This document shows, one piece after another, positions 54,985-64,000 of a stretch of 64,000 nt of DNA. Under the pieces are notes generated by a model that ran no database searches, was not told the origin of the DNA, and saw only the letters and a list, made by a program, of their open reading frames with translations. The stretch is taken from assembly GCA_008690995.1 (NCBI GenBank), contig VRMN01000001.1, positions 1,984,001-2,048,000 of the forward strand. The letters are read 5' to 3'. Position numbers and translations under genes: made by a program. Within the stretch, counting starts at the first letter, position 1; every line of letters starts with the position of its first letter. The DNA comes from Porphyridium purpureum (lineage: Eukaryota).

Positions 54985-55690
54985 CTTCGACACTTCACCA
55001 GCCTACAATGCAACTGGACGAGAGGATGGAGGCTAGAGAACGCTGACAGAATGACGACCAAATACATTCAGGCGCGACAGCGATTAAACAGAGCGTGGTG
55101 TGCCGGGGAACGCCTGGCAGGTCGTTGGCATGGACAGGCGGAGGAGACGCACGTCATATGCCGGAGCGCATACGTCTGACGCTTGAAACGCTAGAAGCCT
55201 GCGTGTATGCGGCGGAACTTAAACACAATGTTCGGAGCGCAGTTTGACGGCTTCTCGAGTACTAGGTGCTGGGTCTACATCCGCGTCCGTACCGTACAAA
55301 GTTGTCATGTCATCCAGACGTGCAGCGTTCTTTGTGGATATTGCGGATGTTAAGAATGACGCGATTAATTGTGAAACTTTGGACGCATGTGCCAGAGACG
55401 ACGCTGCCGTTTTCGCGTCAAGCCGTATTCAGGCGTCGACGTCGGTCGACGTCAAAAGCGCTGCGATATGCGACTCACCCAGTGAGCTGCGCTCTGGTCC
55501 TGTCGTGGGGAGTGCTGATGTAAACACCGACCAGACATTTCAATACCACTCGAGAACTTGACCGGCCCCGCCCACGTTCCGCACTTCTGCCTTTCTGCCT
55601 CTCGCCGGAGTCACGAGCAGTCCAGTTCGCAAAGTCCTGCATTGGCTTGCTGCGCAAGCTTTCATTGCATTCGCTGCAGAGGAGCGTGTG

Positions 55691-56082
55691 TGTTGAACAG
55701 GCGTGCCCGAAAGAACCGTGGGGATGGTGTTACCGAAGGTGAGCGCCATGATGATTTGCAAGTGAAGACTGCTATTCTCCTGTATCACCTTACTTCCTTT
55801 ACTGAAGCCCTACGCATGCAATCGTGGGGCGAGGCGCTCTTTATATAATGCGGCGGTGTGCCCTGCAGGGCAGGTGAAGGCAACACGCGCTGCATGTGCG
55901 GACGTGCTTGTCCCCGAGAGTAATTGCACGGCAGCCCGGACGGGTTGCGACGCCCTGCCAGCACGGCAAGGGGTCGTCACGCCCTTTCCGCCTTTTGCGC
56001 CATCCGCAGGACACGTCGCGGTTCGCGACCCCACGTGCTCCGGCTCCTGCATAAGGTGGCTGTGTACAGTGATATCTTCACA
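55691..56082 (-). repeat. 3' LTR
   Basis: TGTTGAAC...CTTCACA; no mismatch found versus 60431-60822. Confidence 0.97.
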
Positions 56083-59000
56083 CGCCCCCTCGCTGGCAGC
56101 AGCCACCTGCACAACCTGGTCTCGATGTCGGAGGAACTTGTCAGCGCTTAAAGCCTTGGTAAACATATCCGCAGTGTTCGCCTTTGTATCAATCCTCACC
56201 AGTAACGCCAGCCCTGCTAACTCGGTAACTTCGTGGATCCACGCGACTTCGACTCCATGTGTTTTTGACATATGCAGTAGCTTATCTGACCACCCTCTCC
56301 TCACGCATGCAATCGCAGCCTCATTATCGCAGCGCAAGATTGCGCGCATTGGACCTCTTTTGTCATTTGGTGGCATCAGATCTTCTTGCATCAACCAGGC
56401 AGGCATTAAACCAATCTTCAGTGAACTAGCCATTGCCGCAAGCTCAGCTTCAGTTGTGCTTGTGCTGCATGATCGCTGCCGGCTAGAGTGCCACTCCAAC
56501 AAATACACAAGCGCCCCCGATCGGGCAAAAACCACAAAGCCTGTAGTCGAGCGTCGAGTACTCAGACATCCCGCGAAATCTGCGTCACAAAATACCTCCA
56601 GTCGAAATGAGAGTAGACCGTTTTTGTCTGCCTCCGGTGGGCGCGGATACACAACGCTAGCGTTTTTGTGCCACAACAGGTATCGCAGTACTCGGTCGAG
56701 CGCCGACGAAGCGCGGTCGTCCCAAGCGTCGACGTACCGCGCCACCCACGCAGCGGCGTGGGCAAGATCAGGCCTGGCAGCTCTTGCAAGCCACATGAGC
56801 TGGCCGACAGTAGTGCGAATCCATGGCTCACACGCAACGGTTCCTGATGAGCGCTGGGTCTCACAGCTTGCCTGGACATCACTGAGCGGTGTTTTCGCTT
56901 TGCGACACACCCAGCTCCCATTTTCGAATCGATACCCAAGTTTGGGAAGCGCGTTGTTCAGTATTAATGTCGAATAGCCGTTACTGTGCAATGACCATGC
57001 GTCCGGGCCTGCGTCTACTGTCATACCCAGGAAGGTAACTTTTCCACCCTTCGACATTCTCTCAATTGCTTTGGATATTTTGAAGATGGCGCAGATCTCC
57101 AGAATGGCCTTGTCGACTGCCTCCGGGTCGCCCGCAAGCAGACCGTCGTCCACGTAAAGAGCCATGAGGACCTTCGCGCATCCGAAAGCTTTAAAGTACA
57201 TGTTCATATCTCCGGATGCCTGAGCCCACCCTTGCTTGATAATCTTCTGCCTTGCATCCGCCCCAAAGTCTGCGCCTGACCGCGGCAACCCATATAGCGC
57301 TTTAATCAGTGGGACGACGGGTCGAGCGAAGCGAATTCCCCACGACTCAGGGCGTGCTTCCATTGGCAATTCCAGGAACGTTTTCGGCCCCTTCAGTTCC
57401 GTCGAAAGATACGCAGAGTCTACGTCGAACGTTGCCAAATCTCCTGCGATCCTTCCATGCGCAATGGCGATTCTGGCTGATCGCAACCCGATGGGCTTTT
57501 CGTACTGGAATGTATTGTCTCGCACGAGATGTCCATTGCAGTCGTAGATGAGGCATCCTTGTGCTACAAGCCGAGCTTTCAGAACTCGCCGATTAGCGTC
57601 CTGCTCCACGAATTTCTCAGATACGATTAGTTTGCCTCGTACAAATTGCGCACCGATATGTTTTCGAGCCTCGTCATATTCGATGACGGAGTCTGGGTCG
57701 AATACGGACATGCTGATCATGGCGCCCAATTCCTTCTTGATTGCCTCCTTTGCCTCCATAGTTTCAAGCTCTTCCTTCTGCGTGATTAATCGTGTCACAT
57801 AGGCGCACGGAGTTGGCTCCGTAGCCATCACGACAGATAAGTGCGCATCTTCCGGGCTGTTCCAAAAACGCGCGGGTGGTCGCCGGAGACGTTCTGAACG
57901 CCTCGGCGCGGGTGGCGGCGAGTCCTGCTGCACTGGTTCGCCTCGTTCATGCTGATATCGTGGCGTCATCGTGTGCGTCAAACCTTGCTCTTCGCTCGCA
58001 CTGCGTCCGCGTTGTGCTCCAGCGTCTTCTTCGCTCTCATTCACGTACAGCATTTCGCGAAAGTTCTGTTCGGTGAGGCCAAGATCACGTGCTCGCTGGA
58101 GGATCTCCAGAGGTGACCTCCGACGCAGATCATCGTGTTCCGCGGCTCTCTCGAAGTTCCACCCATTGGAGATGAGCGAATTGGCCATCGCCTCATCCTC
58201 ATCAAGCGTCCAGGCATGCTCTTCCGTCGTGACTTGTCGGCGTTCGCTGGCCAGACCGGTATTGTCAGCTGTGTCTCCGCCGGATTCGTGCAGTAATCTT
58301 GGTACATCTGGTCCGTTGTTGTGTACAAGTCCGGTCGCTGTTTCCGTCTCGGCGCGCGTCGCCTCCAGCTCATGTGCCTGGTCTTCCTCTATTATTCTCA
58401 CATTCGTTGCCTCGACAACTGTTTGTGTTCCATTCAGCAAGATTCTGTACACTTTGTGTCTTTCACCGTAGCCGACCAGGATACCTGCGCGAGCTCGGGC
58501 GTCGAGCTTGTCTGGGCCCCTTTCGTAAACATATGCGCGAGAACCGAGTACACGTAAGTGGTCCAAATCGCCCGATTTTCCACAGGCCACGATAGGAACT
58601 GTTCCTCGTGTATTGGGGCTTCGATTGAGAACGTAACAGACTGCCGGGGCCAATTCCGGCCACAAATGTTTGTTCAGTCCCTTCGCCAGTACGACCGCAC
58701 GGACTCGCTCGAGTAGTGTTCGATTGAAGCGTTCCGCGCTTCCGTTCATCTGCGGCACGAACGGAGGTCCAGATTCAAGGCGTATTCCTGACGCATCGGC
58801 CCACGCTCGAGTGGGTGCGTTAACGTACTCAGTACCTTTGTCCGTGCGAAGCGCCCGAACGCTATGCCCGCACATGGCTTCCATTGCGCGCACCATGCTT
58901 TTCAGAGCGGTGAGCGTTTCACTTTTGTGTCGTATCGGGAAGCAACCCGCCAACCCAGTTGCGTCGTCCAGCAGCGTAACCACGTATCGCTCACCTCGGA

Positions 59001-60489
59001 ATCCTTGCGGTGTTATCGTGAGCAAGTCGGAGTGAACGAGCTCAAGGGGTTTCTCTGCTCGCTGGCTTGATGCCGGATAGCTGCGTCGTGCGGCTTTTGC
59101 TCTTACGCAAGTGTCACAAAATGATTCATCAGATGGGTGACACAGCCTTTGGTGCTCGAGCTTTGCGCGGGTTTGAGCGGTACTCGAACGAAGCGCGTAC
59201 AGTCCACCTTGCAGCTTTCCTTCCAGTTTCCAGTTGACATTTTTGCCTTCGACGCAGCAGCGGTCATGCTCAAATTTGACCCTTGCTCCTTCTGCCGTGA
59301 GCGCAGGAACAGATATGAGACTGTGTGCGAGTCCGGGGACGAAGAGTACATTGGAAAGCAACACATTAGAAACCCAAGCGTCCCCTACCGCTGACGCCGA
59401 CACCTCTCGGTCGTCTGCCACTCGTATGCGTTCCGAACACGCTCTTATGTTCTCAAGAAGGTTTCGATTTGCTGTCATGTGTCTCGACGCCCCGGAGTCA
59501 ATTATCCAGCGAGCGTCCGGAATCGTTGATTTCGTTGGCTGCGTCTTGGTAAGCACATGCGCACGGGCGGCGTCCGCGTATGACTTCGTCATCAGAGCGA
59601 AGCACGCTGCTCCAAGGCTTCCGACTGGAGAGGAGCCATCTGTTCCATGCCCACCCTTGTCCGTGTTTTGCGGACAATTCCGCCTAGTGTGGCCCTCGCG
59701 CCCGCATTTCCAACATGCTCCGCGGAAGGTCGTGCGTGCTTGTGCTGATCCGTGGGAGTGACGGTAATCGCCCGGATTTCCCCGCGCGCGCGTGAGCAGC
59801 GCTGCGCCCTCGACGGCTGCGTTTGCATGTCGCGCCATCTGTCTTTCAACGGCGAGCAACATGGCGTGCAGTTCATCTACGCTTGCTTTTCCGCCGCCGG
59901 ATATCCATGCTTGCTCCGTGGCCGCGAACTCGACAGGCAGTGCTTCGAACAATGCCTGTACGTATTCTGCCTCAGATAGTTCCACACCCAACAAACGCAA
60001 TTCTCTGCGCAACACTGCCATGATTCCGAGCAAATTCCCAACCGGCTTACCGGTGTTTTGGCCAAAATTAGCGAGCTGTTTGCGGAGCTCGCGCTCGTAA
60101 ACCGGCGCGGCGGATTTCGCCATCTTCTCAAGCTTGGTCCATGCTTCTGCCGCCGTCTCCGAGTCGGCCACAACGTGCATCAGCGTCTCATCGACCATGG
60201 ATCCAATCAAGCCCTTCGCCTTCTGATCTTTCACGGCGTCCACTGCTGTGTCTCGAGATGTCGACATTGATGCACCTGCAGTCGCCGCTTCTCCGGGCGC
60301 CGCACCAGTCGTTTTTCCTCCAACGACTACTTCCCATACTTCCTTCTCGCAAAGAAGCAACTTCACCCTCACGCACCAACTCGGAAAATTCGCACAATCG
60401 GCTCGCAGCACAAAGGCTGGGCTCATAACCTGTTGAACAGGCGTGCCCGAAAGAACCGTGGGGATGGTGTTACCGAAGGTGAGCGCCAT
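55810..60489 (-). CDS. Copia Gag-Pol polyprotein (Gag, PR, IN, RT, RNase H); start at 60489 or 60426
   Basis: Zn knuckle CWKCGREGHTRRNC; PR WIIDSGASRHM; IN VHSD..RTDKGTEY..NGSAERFNRTL; RT KARLVAQG, DVDSAYL, LYGL, YVDD; RH CDADFAG, TEAEL, CDN, ADMFTK. IN precedes RT. Confidence 0.97.
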   Translation of the reverse strand: MALTFGNTIPTVLSGTPVQQVMSPAFVLRADCANFPSWCVRVKLLLCEKEVWEVVVGGKTTGAAPGEAATAGASMSTSRDTAVDAVKDQKAKGLIGSMVDETLMHVVADSETAAEAWTKLEKMAKSAAPVYERELRKQLANFGQNTGKPVGNLLGIMAVLRRELRLLGVELSEAEYVQALFEALPVEFAATEQAWISGGGKASVDELHAMLLAVERQMARHANAAVEGAALLTRARGNPGDYRHSHGSAQARTTFRGACWKCGREGHTRRNCPQNTDKGGHGTDGSSPVGSLGAACFALMTKSYADAARAHVLTKTQPTKSTIPDARWIIDSGASRHMTANRNLLENIRACSERIRVADDREVSASAVGDAWVSNVLLSNVLFVPGLAHSLISVPALTAEGARVKFEHDRCCVEGKNVNWKLEGKLQGGLYALRSSTAQTRAKLEHQRLCHPSDESFCDTCVRAKAARRSYPASSQRAEKPLELVHSDLLTITPQGFRGERYVVTLLDDATGLAGCFPIRHKSETLTALKSMVRAMEAMCGHSVRALRTDKGTEYVNAPTRAWADASGIRLESGPPFVPQMNGSAERFNRTLLERVRAVVLAKGLNKHLWPELAPAVCYVLNRSPNTRGTVPIVACGKSGDLDHLRVLGSRAYVYERGPDKLDARARAGILVGYGERHKVYRILLNGTQTVVEATNVRIIEEDQAHELEATRAETETATGLVHNNGPDVPRLLHESGGDTADNTGLASERRQVTTEEHAWTLDEDEAMANSLISNGWNFERAAEHDDLRRRSPLEILQRARDLGLTEQNFREMLYVNESEEDAGAQRGRSASEEQGLTHTMTPRYQHERGEPVQQDSPPPAPRRSERLRRPPARFWNSPEDAHLSVVMATEPTPCAYVTRLITQKEELETMEAKEAIKKELGAMISMSVFDPDSVIEYDEARKHIGAQFVRGKLIVSEKFVEQDANRRVLKARLVAQGCLIYDCNGHLVRDNTFQYEKPIGLRSARIAIAHGRIAGDLATFDVDSAYLSTELKGPKTFLELPMEARPESWGIRFARPVVPLIKALYGLPRSGADFGADARQKIIKQGWAQASGDMNMYFKAFGCAKVLMALYVDDGLLAGDPEAVDKAILEICAIFKISKAIERMSKGGKVTFLGMTVDAGPDAWSLHSNGYSTLILNNALPKLGYRFENGSWVCRKAKTPLSDVQASCETQRSSGTVACEPWIRTTVGQLMWLARAARPDLAHAAAWVARYVDAWDDRASSALDRVLRYLLWHKNASVVYPRPPEADKNGLLSFRLEVFCDADFAGCLSTRRSTTGFVVFARSGALVYLLEWHSSRQRSCSTSTTEAELAAMASSLKIGLMPAWLMQEDLMPPNDKRGPMRAILRCDNEAAIACVRRGWSDKLLHMSKTHGVEVAWIHEVTELAGLALLVRIDTKANTADMFTKALSADKFLRHRDQVVQVAAASEGACEDITVHSHLMQEPEHVGSRTATCPADGAKGGKGVTTPCRAGRASQPVRAAVQLLSGTSTSAHAARVAFTCPAGHTAALYKERLAPRLHA
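56083..56094 (-). other. Polypurine tract
   Basis: Minus strand AGCGAGGGGGCG immediately 5' of the 3' LTR. Confidence 0.75.
60417..60430 (-). other. Primer-binding site, half-tRNA(iMet) type
   Basis: Minus strand GGTTATGAGCCCAG abuts the 5' LTR and is complementary to the initiator tRNA anticodon arm (CUGGGCUCAUAACC). Confidence 0.85.
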
Positions 60490-60822
60490 GATGATTTGCA
60501 AGTGAAGACTGCTATTCTCCTGTATCACCTTACTTCCTTTACTGAAGCCCTACGCATGCAATCGTGGGGCGAGGCGCTCTTTATATAATGCGGCGGTGTG
60601 CCCTGCAGGGCAGGTGAAGGCAACACGCGCTGCATGTGCGGACGTGCTTGTCCCCGAGAGTAATTGCACGGCAGCCCGGACGGGTTGCGACGCCCTGCCA
60701 GCACGGCAAGGGGTCGTCACGCCCTTTCCGCCTTTTGCGCCATCCGCAGGACACGTCGCGGTTCGCGACCCCACGTGCTCCGGCTCCTGCATAAGGTGGC
60801 TGTGTACAGTGATATCTTCACA
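60431..60822 (-). repeat. 5' LTR, with a TATA-like TATATAAA on the minus strand near 60580-60587
   Basis: Identical to 55691-56082. Confidence 0.97.
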
Positions 60823-60859
60823 GTGTGCCTCCAGATCAGAGCGCCAGCTGCGCGGAAAA

Positions 60860-61783
60860 ATGCTGCCCTTCGATGGCGTCGTCCTCGGCGTGGTTCTTGC
60901 CGCGACAGCGGCCGTGGTGTTGGCAGTTGAAGGTTCGAAGCAATACGCCCGGCGACGCACGCGCGCTTGTTTTGCCGGGAGGCATGTTTGGGTGGTCGGT
61001 GCGTCGCAAGGAATCGGCGAGGCATTGGTGAAGCGCCTCGTGGCTCTTGGCGCGCGTGTGACCGTGTCAGCTCGCAATGAGGCGGCCTTGCACCGCGTGG
61101 CGGCATCTGCGGTGAAGCTAGCACAAGGAGGCAACGTGCATGTGCAGCCATTGGACGTCACGGCCGGCGCCGAGGCGATTCAAAGCGCGCATGGAGCGAT
61201 CGTGCGACGGATGGGACGCATTGAGATTCTTATCGCTAATGCAGGCGTCAATCACGGGGGCAAGTGCTTCAAGGAACTGAAGTACGAAGAGATTGCGCGC
61301 GTGGTCGATGTGAATTTGCTTGGTGTTGCATACTGTATCCGCGTCTGCTTAAACGACATGCTCGAATTGGCTTCGTCTACTGCCCCTCATCCTGTGATTG
61401 CCGTCGTGAGCTCACTCTCTGCGTACCGAGGTCTACCAGGGGGAAGCGTGTATGGTGCTTCAAAAGCGGCGGCTTCGCATTTGTTAGAGGCGCTGCGCGT
61501 AGAAAATTACGGCTGCGGGATTCAGTTTACGAGCTTGAACCCGGGCTTTGTGGCTACGCCTGCTATTGAGCACCTGCACCACCCCAAACCGTTCCAGATA
61601 AGCAGCGACACATGCGCCGAGCTCATGTTGGACGCCGTGGCGAGCGGTAAGCGCGACTACGGCTTTCCATTTTTCATGGAACACGTCGCGATGCGCTTTT
61701 CCCGTGTCCTGCCTGGTTGTTTGTATGAACCTATTCTCTTCCTGGTGCACAGCGCGAACGCCAAGAAAGAAGCTAAATCATAA
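60860..61783 (+). CDS. Short-chain dehydrogenase/reductase with an N-terminal membrane anchor
   Basis: VVGASQGIG, IANAG, VSS, YGASK and NPGFV.T. True ATG at 60860; the longer ORF-track call runs into the LTR. Confidence 0.92.
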   Translation: MLPFDGVVLGVVLAATAAVVLAVEGSKQYARRRTRACFAGRHVWVVGASQGIGEALVKRLVALGARVTVSARNEAALHRVAASAVKLAQGGNVHVQPLDVTAGAEAIQSAHGAIVRRMGRIEILIANAGVNHGGKCFKELKYEEIARVVDVNLLGVAYCIRVCLNDMLELASSTAPHPVIAVVSSLSAYRGLPGGSVYGASKAAASHLLEALRVENYGCGIQFTSLNPGFVATPAIEHLHHPKPFQISSDTCAELMLDAVASGKRDYGFPFFMEHVAMRFSRVLPGCLYEPILFLVHSANAKKEAKS

Positions 61784-61806
61784 GGAAAAGCTGCGTTCAT
61801 GATTTT

Positions 61807-63633
61807 CTAATCCGGATTGTTGTCTGACGCATCCTCCTCCATACCATCGTCTTGGTCTTCGTCTTGGTCTTCGTCTTCGTCGTCATCCGGATCGCTGCCA
61901 CCGTCCACATCGACGTGAACTGTCCCGTTGAGATTGATTGCGTCGAAGCGAGTCAGCAAGTCATTCAGTCGATGAAGATAGGTTGGCGGCGACTGAGTCA
62001 AAGCCCTGTATTGTTCCACGGGGTTGCGGCTAAAGAACACACTTGCAATCCAGTACGCGAGCAGGAATGGTTCTCGGCTCGGATCCGGGTATCTGCCTAG
62101 CGAATCTTCGACTAGAGACATGGTTTGCGGGTTCACAAAGTGCTGGAACGTTTCATTCAACCGAAAGGCGACTTGGCGGTCTTCATCTGTCGGAGAGGGA
62201 TCATCCATGTACTCAATCCTGGCCTGGTGATACCCGTCCAGCATTCCTCGCTCAAGCACTCGGAAGCGCTTGTAACCCACTGTCTCGATGAAGGAGCGAC
62301 CATCCGGGAGGACGGACTGCGAGGTGATGTGCATCATGGTTCCGATCGATGCAAACGGCATATCCGCATCAGCCCGGTTCCCAGCGAGCATCGACACATC
62401 GCCGTGCGTGCAAATACCAAACTTACGATCTCCAGCGATGGCGCGCCGCATCATCAAACGGTAGCGCGGTTCAAATATGTGGAGATTGCACGGCAGGCCC
62501 GGGAACGAGACCGACAACACAAAGATGGGGAAGAACCGATTTGCCGTTGATTGGCTCATCTCTGCCGCCTCTCGCGCGACATCCTCTTGACGCTTGGCAA
62601 ATTCCTCGGGCAGACACTGCTCGCAGAGCCACGCCAGCATCCTGTTCGCAAGCTGCGGCTCACCAGACAGCCAGTCGTTTGAATGAAACCATGCAACGTA
62701 TGCCTGCAACGGCATGCGCGTCATCGGACAAATGGGCGGCGCAGCCATTCCTGTGCTGGGGTCGGTTACCTCCAGGCAACGAATGACGCACTGCTGACAC
62801 AAGGAGTGACCGCTTGGCAAAGTGGTCGGCTTGTAGACCAGGCACGAACAGAGCAGACACTCAAACTCTTCTCGCACGTCCTGCGTCACCTTTTCAGTCG
62901 CAATATTCGATGGTAGGGCGTCAAGATGCGCCTCACCTTCCGGAAAGATTGACGCGGCTACATCGCCGTACGTTTCGTGTACCCCGACCGCTGCAAGAAA
63001 CACGGCCTTTTCCTCGCTGACACGAAGCGCTTCGCTCAGCGTATCAAGGGCGCAAATTGTCATATAGCGCGAGGTCCTACGCGGGATCTGCAACATTAAG
63101 ACTATTTTTTGTATACTTTCCGCAACACGTCCCTGTTTGAGTAAGCGCGCCGCAAGTTGCACGCACTCTTTCGCCGCTGCGTCTGGTGACAAGCCTCTCA
63201 ATTTCTCAGAGCTGAGCTCGACAGTTTCGCTGATCCCGACGCTACTGCATCGCGTCCTGTCCAAAAGTCTTGGCACAAGCCATTTCAGCTTGATGTCAGG
63301 CACTGGGTCGGTGGCATCCACGCCCGGCACAAAGAAATCGGCGTAGTAAGGCTCACCGCGTACTGCTTTGTAGCATTGCTCGCAAAGCGTCCGACCCTTG
63401 ACGGTCGTCGTAGGATGCAAAGGAACAACACTGCATACTGGACACAGCCAAGTAGCGTCATCCAAGCACCCTTCATCCTCGCACCCCCGTATGGCTAATG
63501 GTGCTGCGGCGCCGCGCCCAAACCGTTCGGCACACAGCTCAAGAAACACTTGCAGAGCCGCGACGCGCTTTTCCACCGAAAGCCTTGTGCGCAAGACATC
63601 GTTCCATGCCTGCAGACGCTTCGACTGCTGCAT
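61807..63633 (-). CDS. LON peptidase N-terminal domain and RING finger protein (LONRF-like E3 ligase)
   Basis: Two RING-like regions (CPVC..PTT..G.TLCEQC; CLLC..PTTLPSGHSLCQQC..CPMTR) and a LON-N domain PIFVL..FPG.P..LHIFEPRYRLMMRR, PDGRS. Start uncertain. Confidence 0.9.
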   Translation of the reverse strand: MQQSKRLQAWNDVLRTRLSVEKRVAALQVFLELCAERFGRGAAAPLAIRGCEDEGCLDDATWLCPVCSVVPLHPTTTVKGRTLCEQCYKAVRGEPYYADFFVPGVDATDPVPDIKLKWLVPRLLDRTRCSSVGISETVELSSEKLRGLSPDAAAKECVQLAARLLKQGRVAESIQKIVLMLQIPRRTSRYMTICALDTLSEALRVSEEKAVFLAAVGVHETYGDVAASIFPEGEAHLDALPSNIATEKVTQDVREEFECLLCSCLVYKPTTLPSGHSLCQQCVIRCLEVTDPSTGMAAPPICPMTRMPLQAYVAWFHSNDWLSGEPQLANRMLAWLCEQCLPEEFAKRQEDVAREAAEMSQSTANRFFPIFVLSVSFPGLPCNLHIFEPRYRLMMRRAIAGDRKFGICTHGDVSMLAGNRADADMPFASIGTMMHITSQSVLPDGRSFIETVGYKRFRVLERGMLDGYHQARIEYMDDPSPTDEDRQVAFRLNETFQHFVNPQTMSLVEDSLGRYPDPSREPFLLAYWIASVFFSRNPVEQYRALTQSPPTYLHRLNDLLTRFDAINLNGTVHVDVDGGSDPDDDEDEDQDEDQDDGMEEDASDNNPD

Positions 63634-64000
63634 CGCAGTGGCTCCACCGCGTCCCGACTTCCGCCGGGATCCCGCACGTCTGTGTGCCACGGCTTACTTG
63701 CCTGCTGCCTCTTTGCCTTCGTGCGCTTTCTCACGCGTGGAATAATCTCCTAACGGTTCAAGGCACTTGCATTGAACCGAATGTGTGGCGCACAGCCGGA
63801 ACATAGACAGACTGACAAACAGACAGCCGGACATGGACAGCCTTTGACGGAGCCTGGTCCAAGCGGATGTCTCGGACTGCGAAGCTCTAGTTCTTGCCAT
63901 GGCCTGAGCGACGTGCGTCGTAGGTGTATCGGAGGTATGTAGCCATTGAGTCCTTCGGTTTATGATAAGATTATGTTGTTAGCTTTCAGGACGGCTCGAA

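Larger units (their letters stand above)
55691..60822 (-). mobile_element. Complete Ty1/copia LTR retrotransposon, 5132 bp
   Basis: Identical 392-bp LTRs with TG..CA ends, 5-bp TSD GTGTG (55686-55690 and 60823-60827), PBS, PPT and an intact gag-pol. Confidence 0.98.

Noticed and set aside
60596..60859. Apparent N-terminal extension of the SDR, suggesting an LTR-SDR fusion
   Set aside because: It starts at a GTG in the antisense LTR with no in-frame ATG. The SDR has its own ATG and membrane anchor at 60860.
63680..63900. 68-aa ORF in frame with the LONRF gene, joinable by an 18-nt GTAAGC..CAG micro-intron
   Set aside because: The intron would be implausibly short for this type of genome, and the upstream peptide has no recognisable similarity. 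A start at 63633 is simpler.
1..64000. tRNA, rRNA genes or CRISPR arrays
   Set aside because: None recognised by eye. Short RNA genes could be missed without covariance searches.

Overview
This is a eukaryotic, gene-dense, essentially intron-free, GC-rich window. Plastid-targeted HemA, RF3 and uL10 sit beside ORC2, PSF2, CNOT11, VTI1 and LETM1, which points to a compact unicellular algal nuclear genome, most plausibly a red alga such as Porphyridium (inference). About 35 protein genes can be supported, mostly housekeeping. The accessory content has five parts. (1) A tandem pair of signal-peptide-bearing genes resembles the bacterial type VI secretion tube protein Hcp (16560-18353), with TATA boxes and an added Cys pair; one copy has an in-frame TAG. 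(2) A duplicated bacterial-type AT3-SGNH O-acyltransferase lies head-to-head with a two-domain glycosyltransferase. (3) A tail-to-tail ABCG transporter pair has an almost identical NBD tract but diverged membrane domains. (4) An O-methyltransferase is fused to a deoxynucleoside kinase. (5) A complete, very recent Ty1/copia LTR retrotransposon (55691-60822; identical 392-bp LTRs, GTGTG target duplication, half-tRNA-type PBS) sits 37 bp upstream of an SDR gene. A 57-aa Mim1-like small ORF missed by the ORF track is also proposed. All family calls rest on motif recognition by eye, not on database searches.
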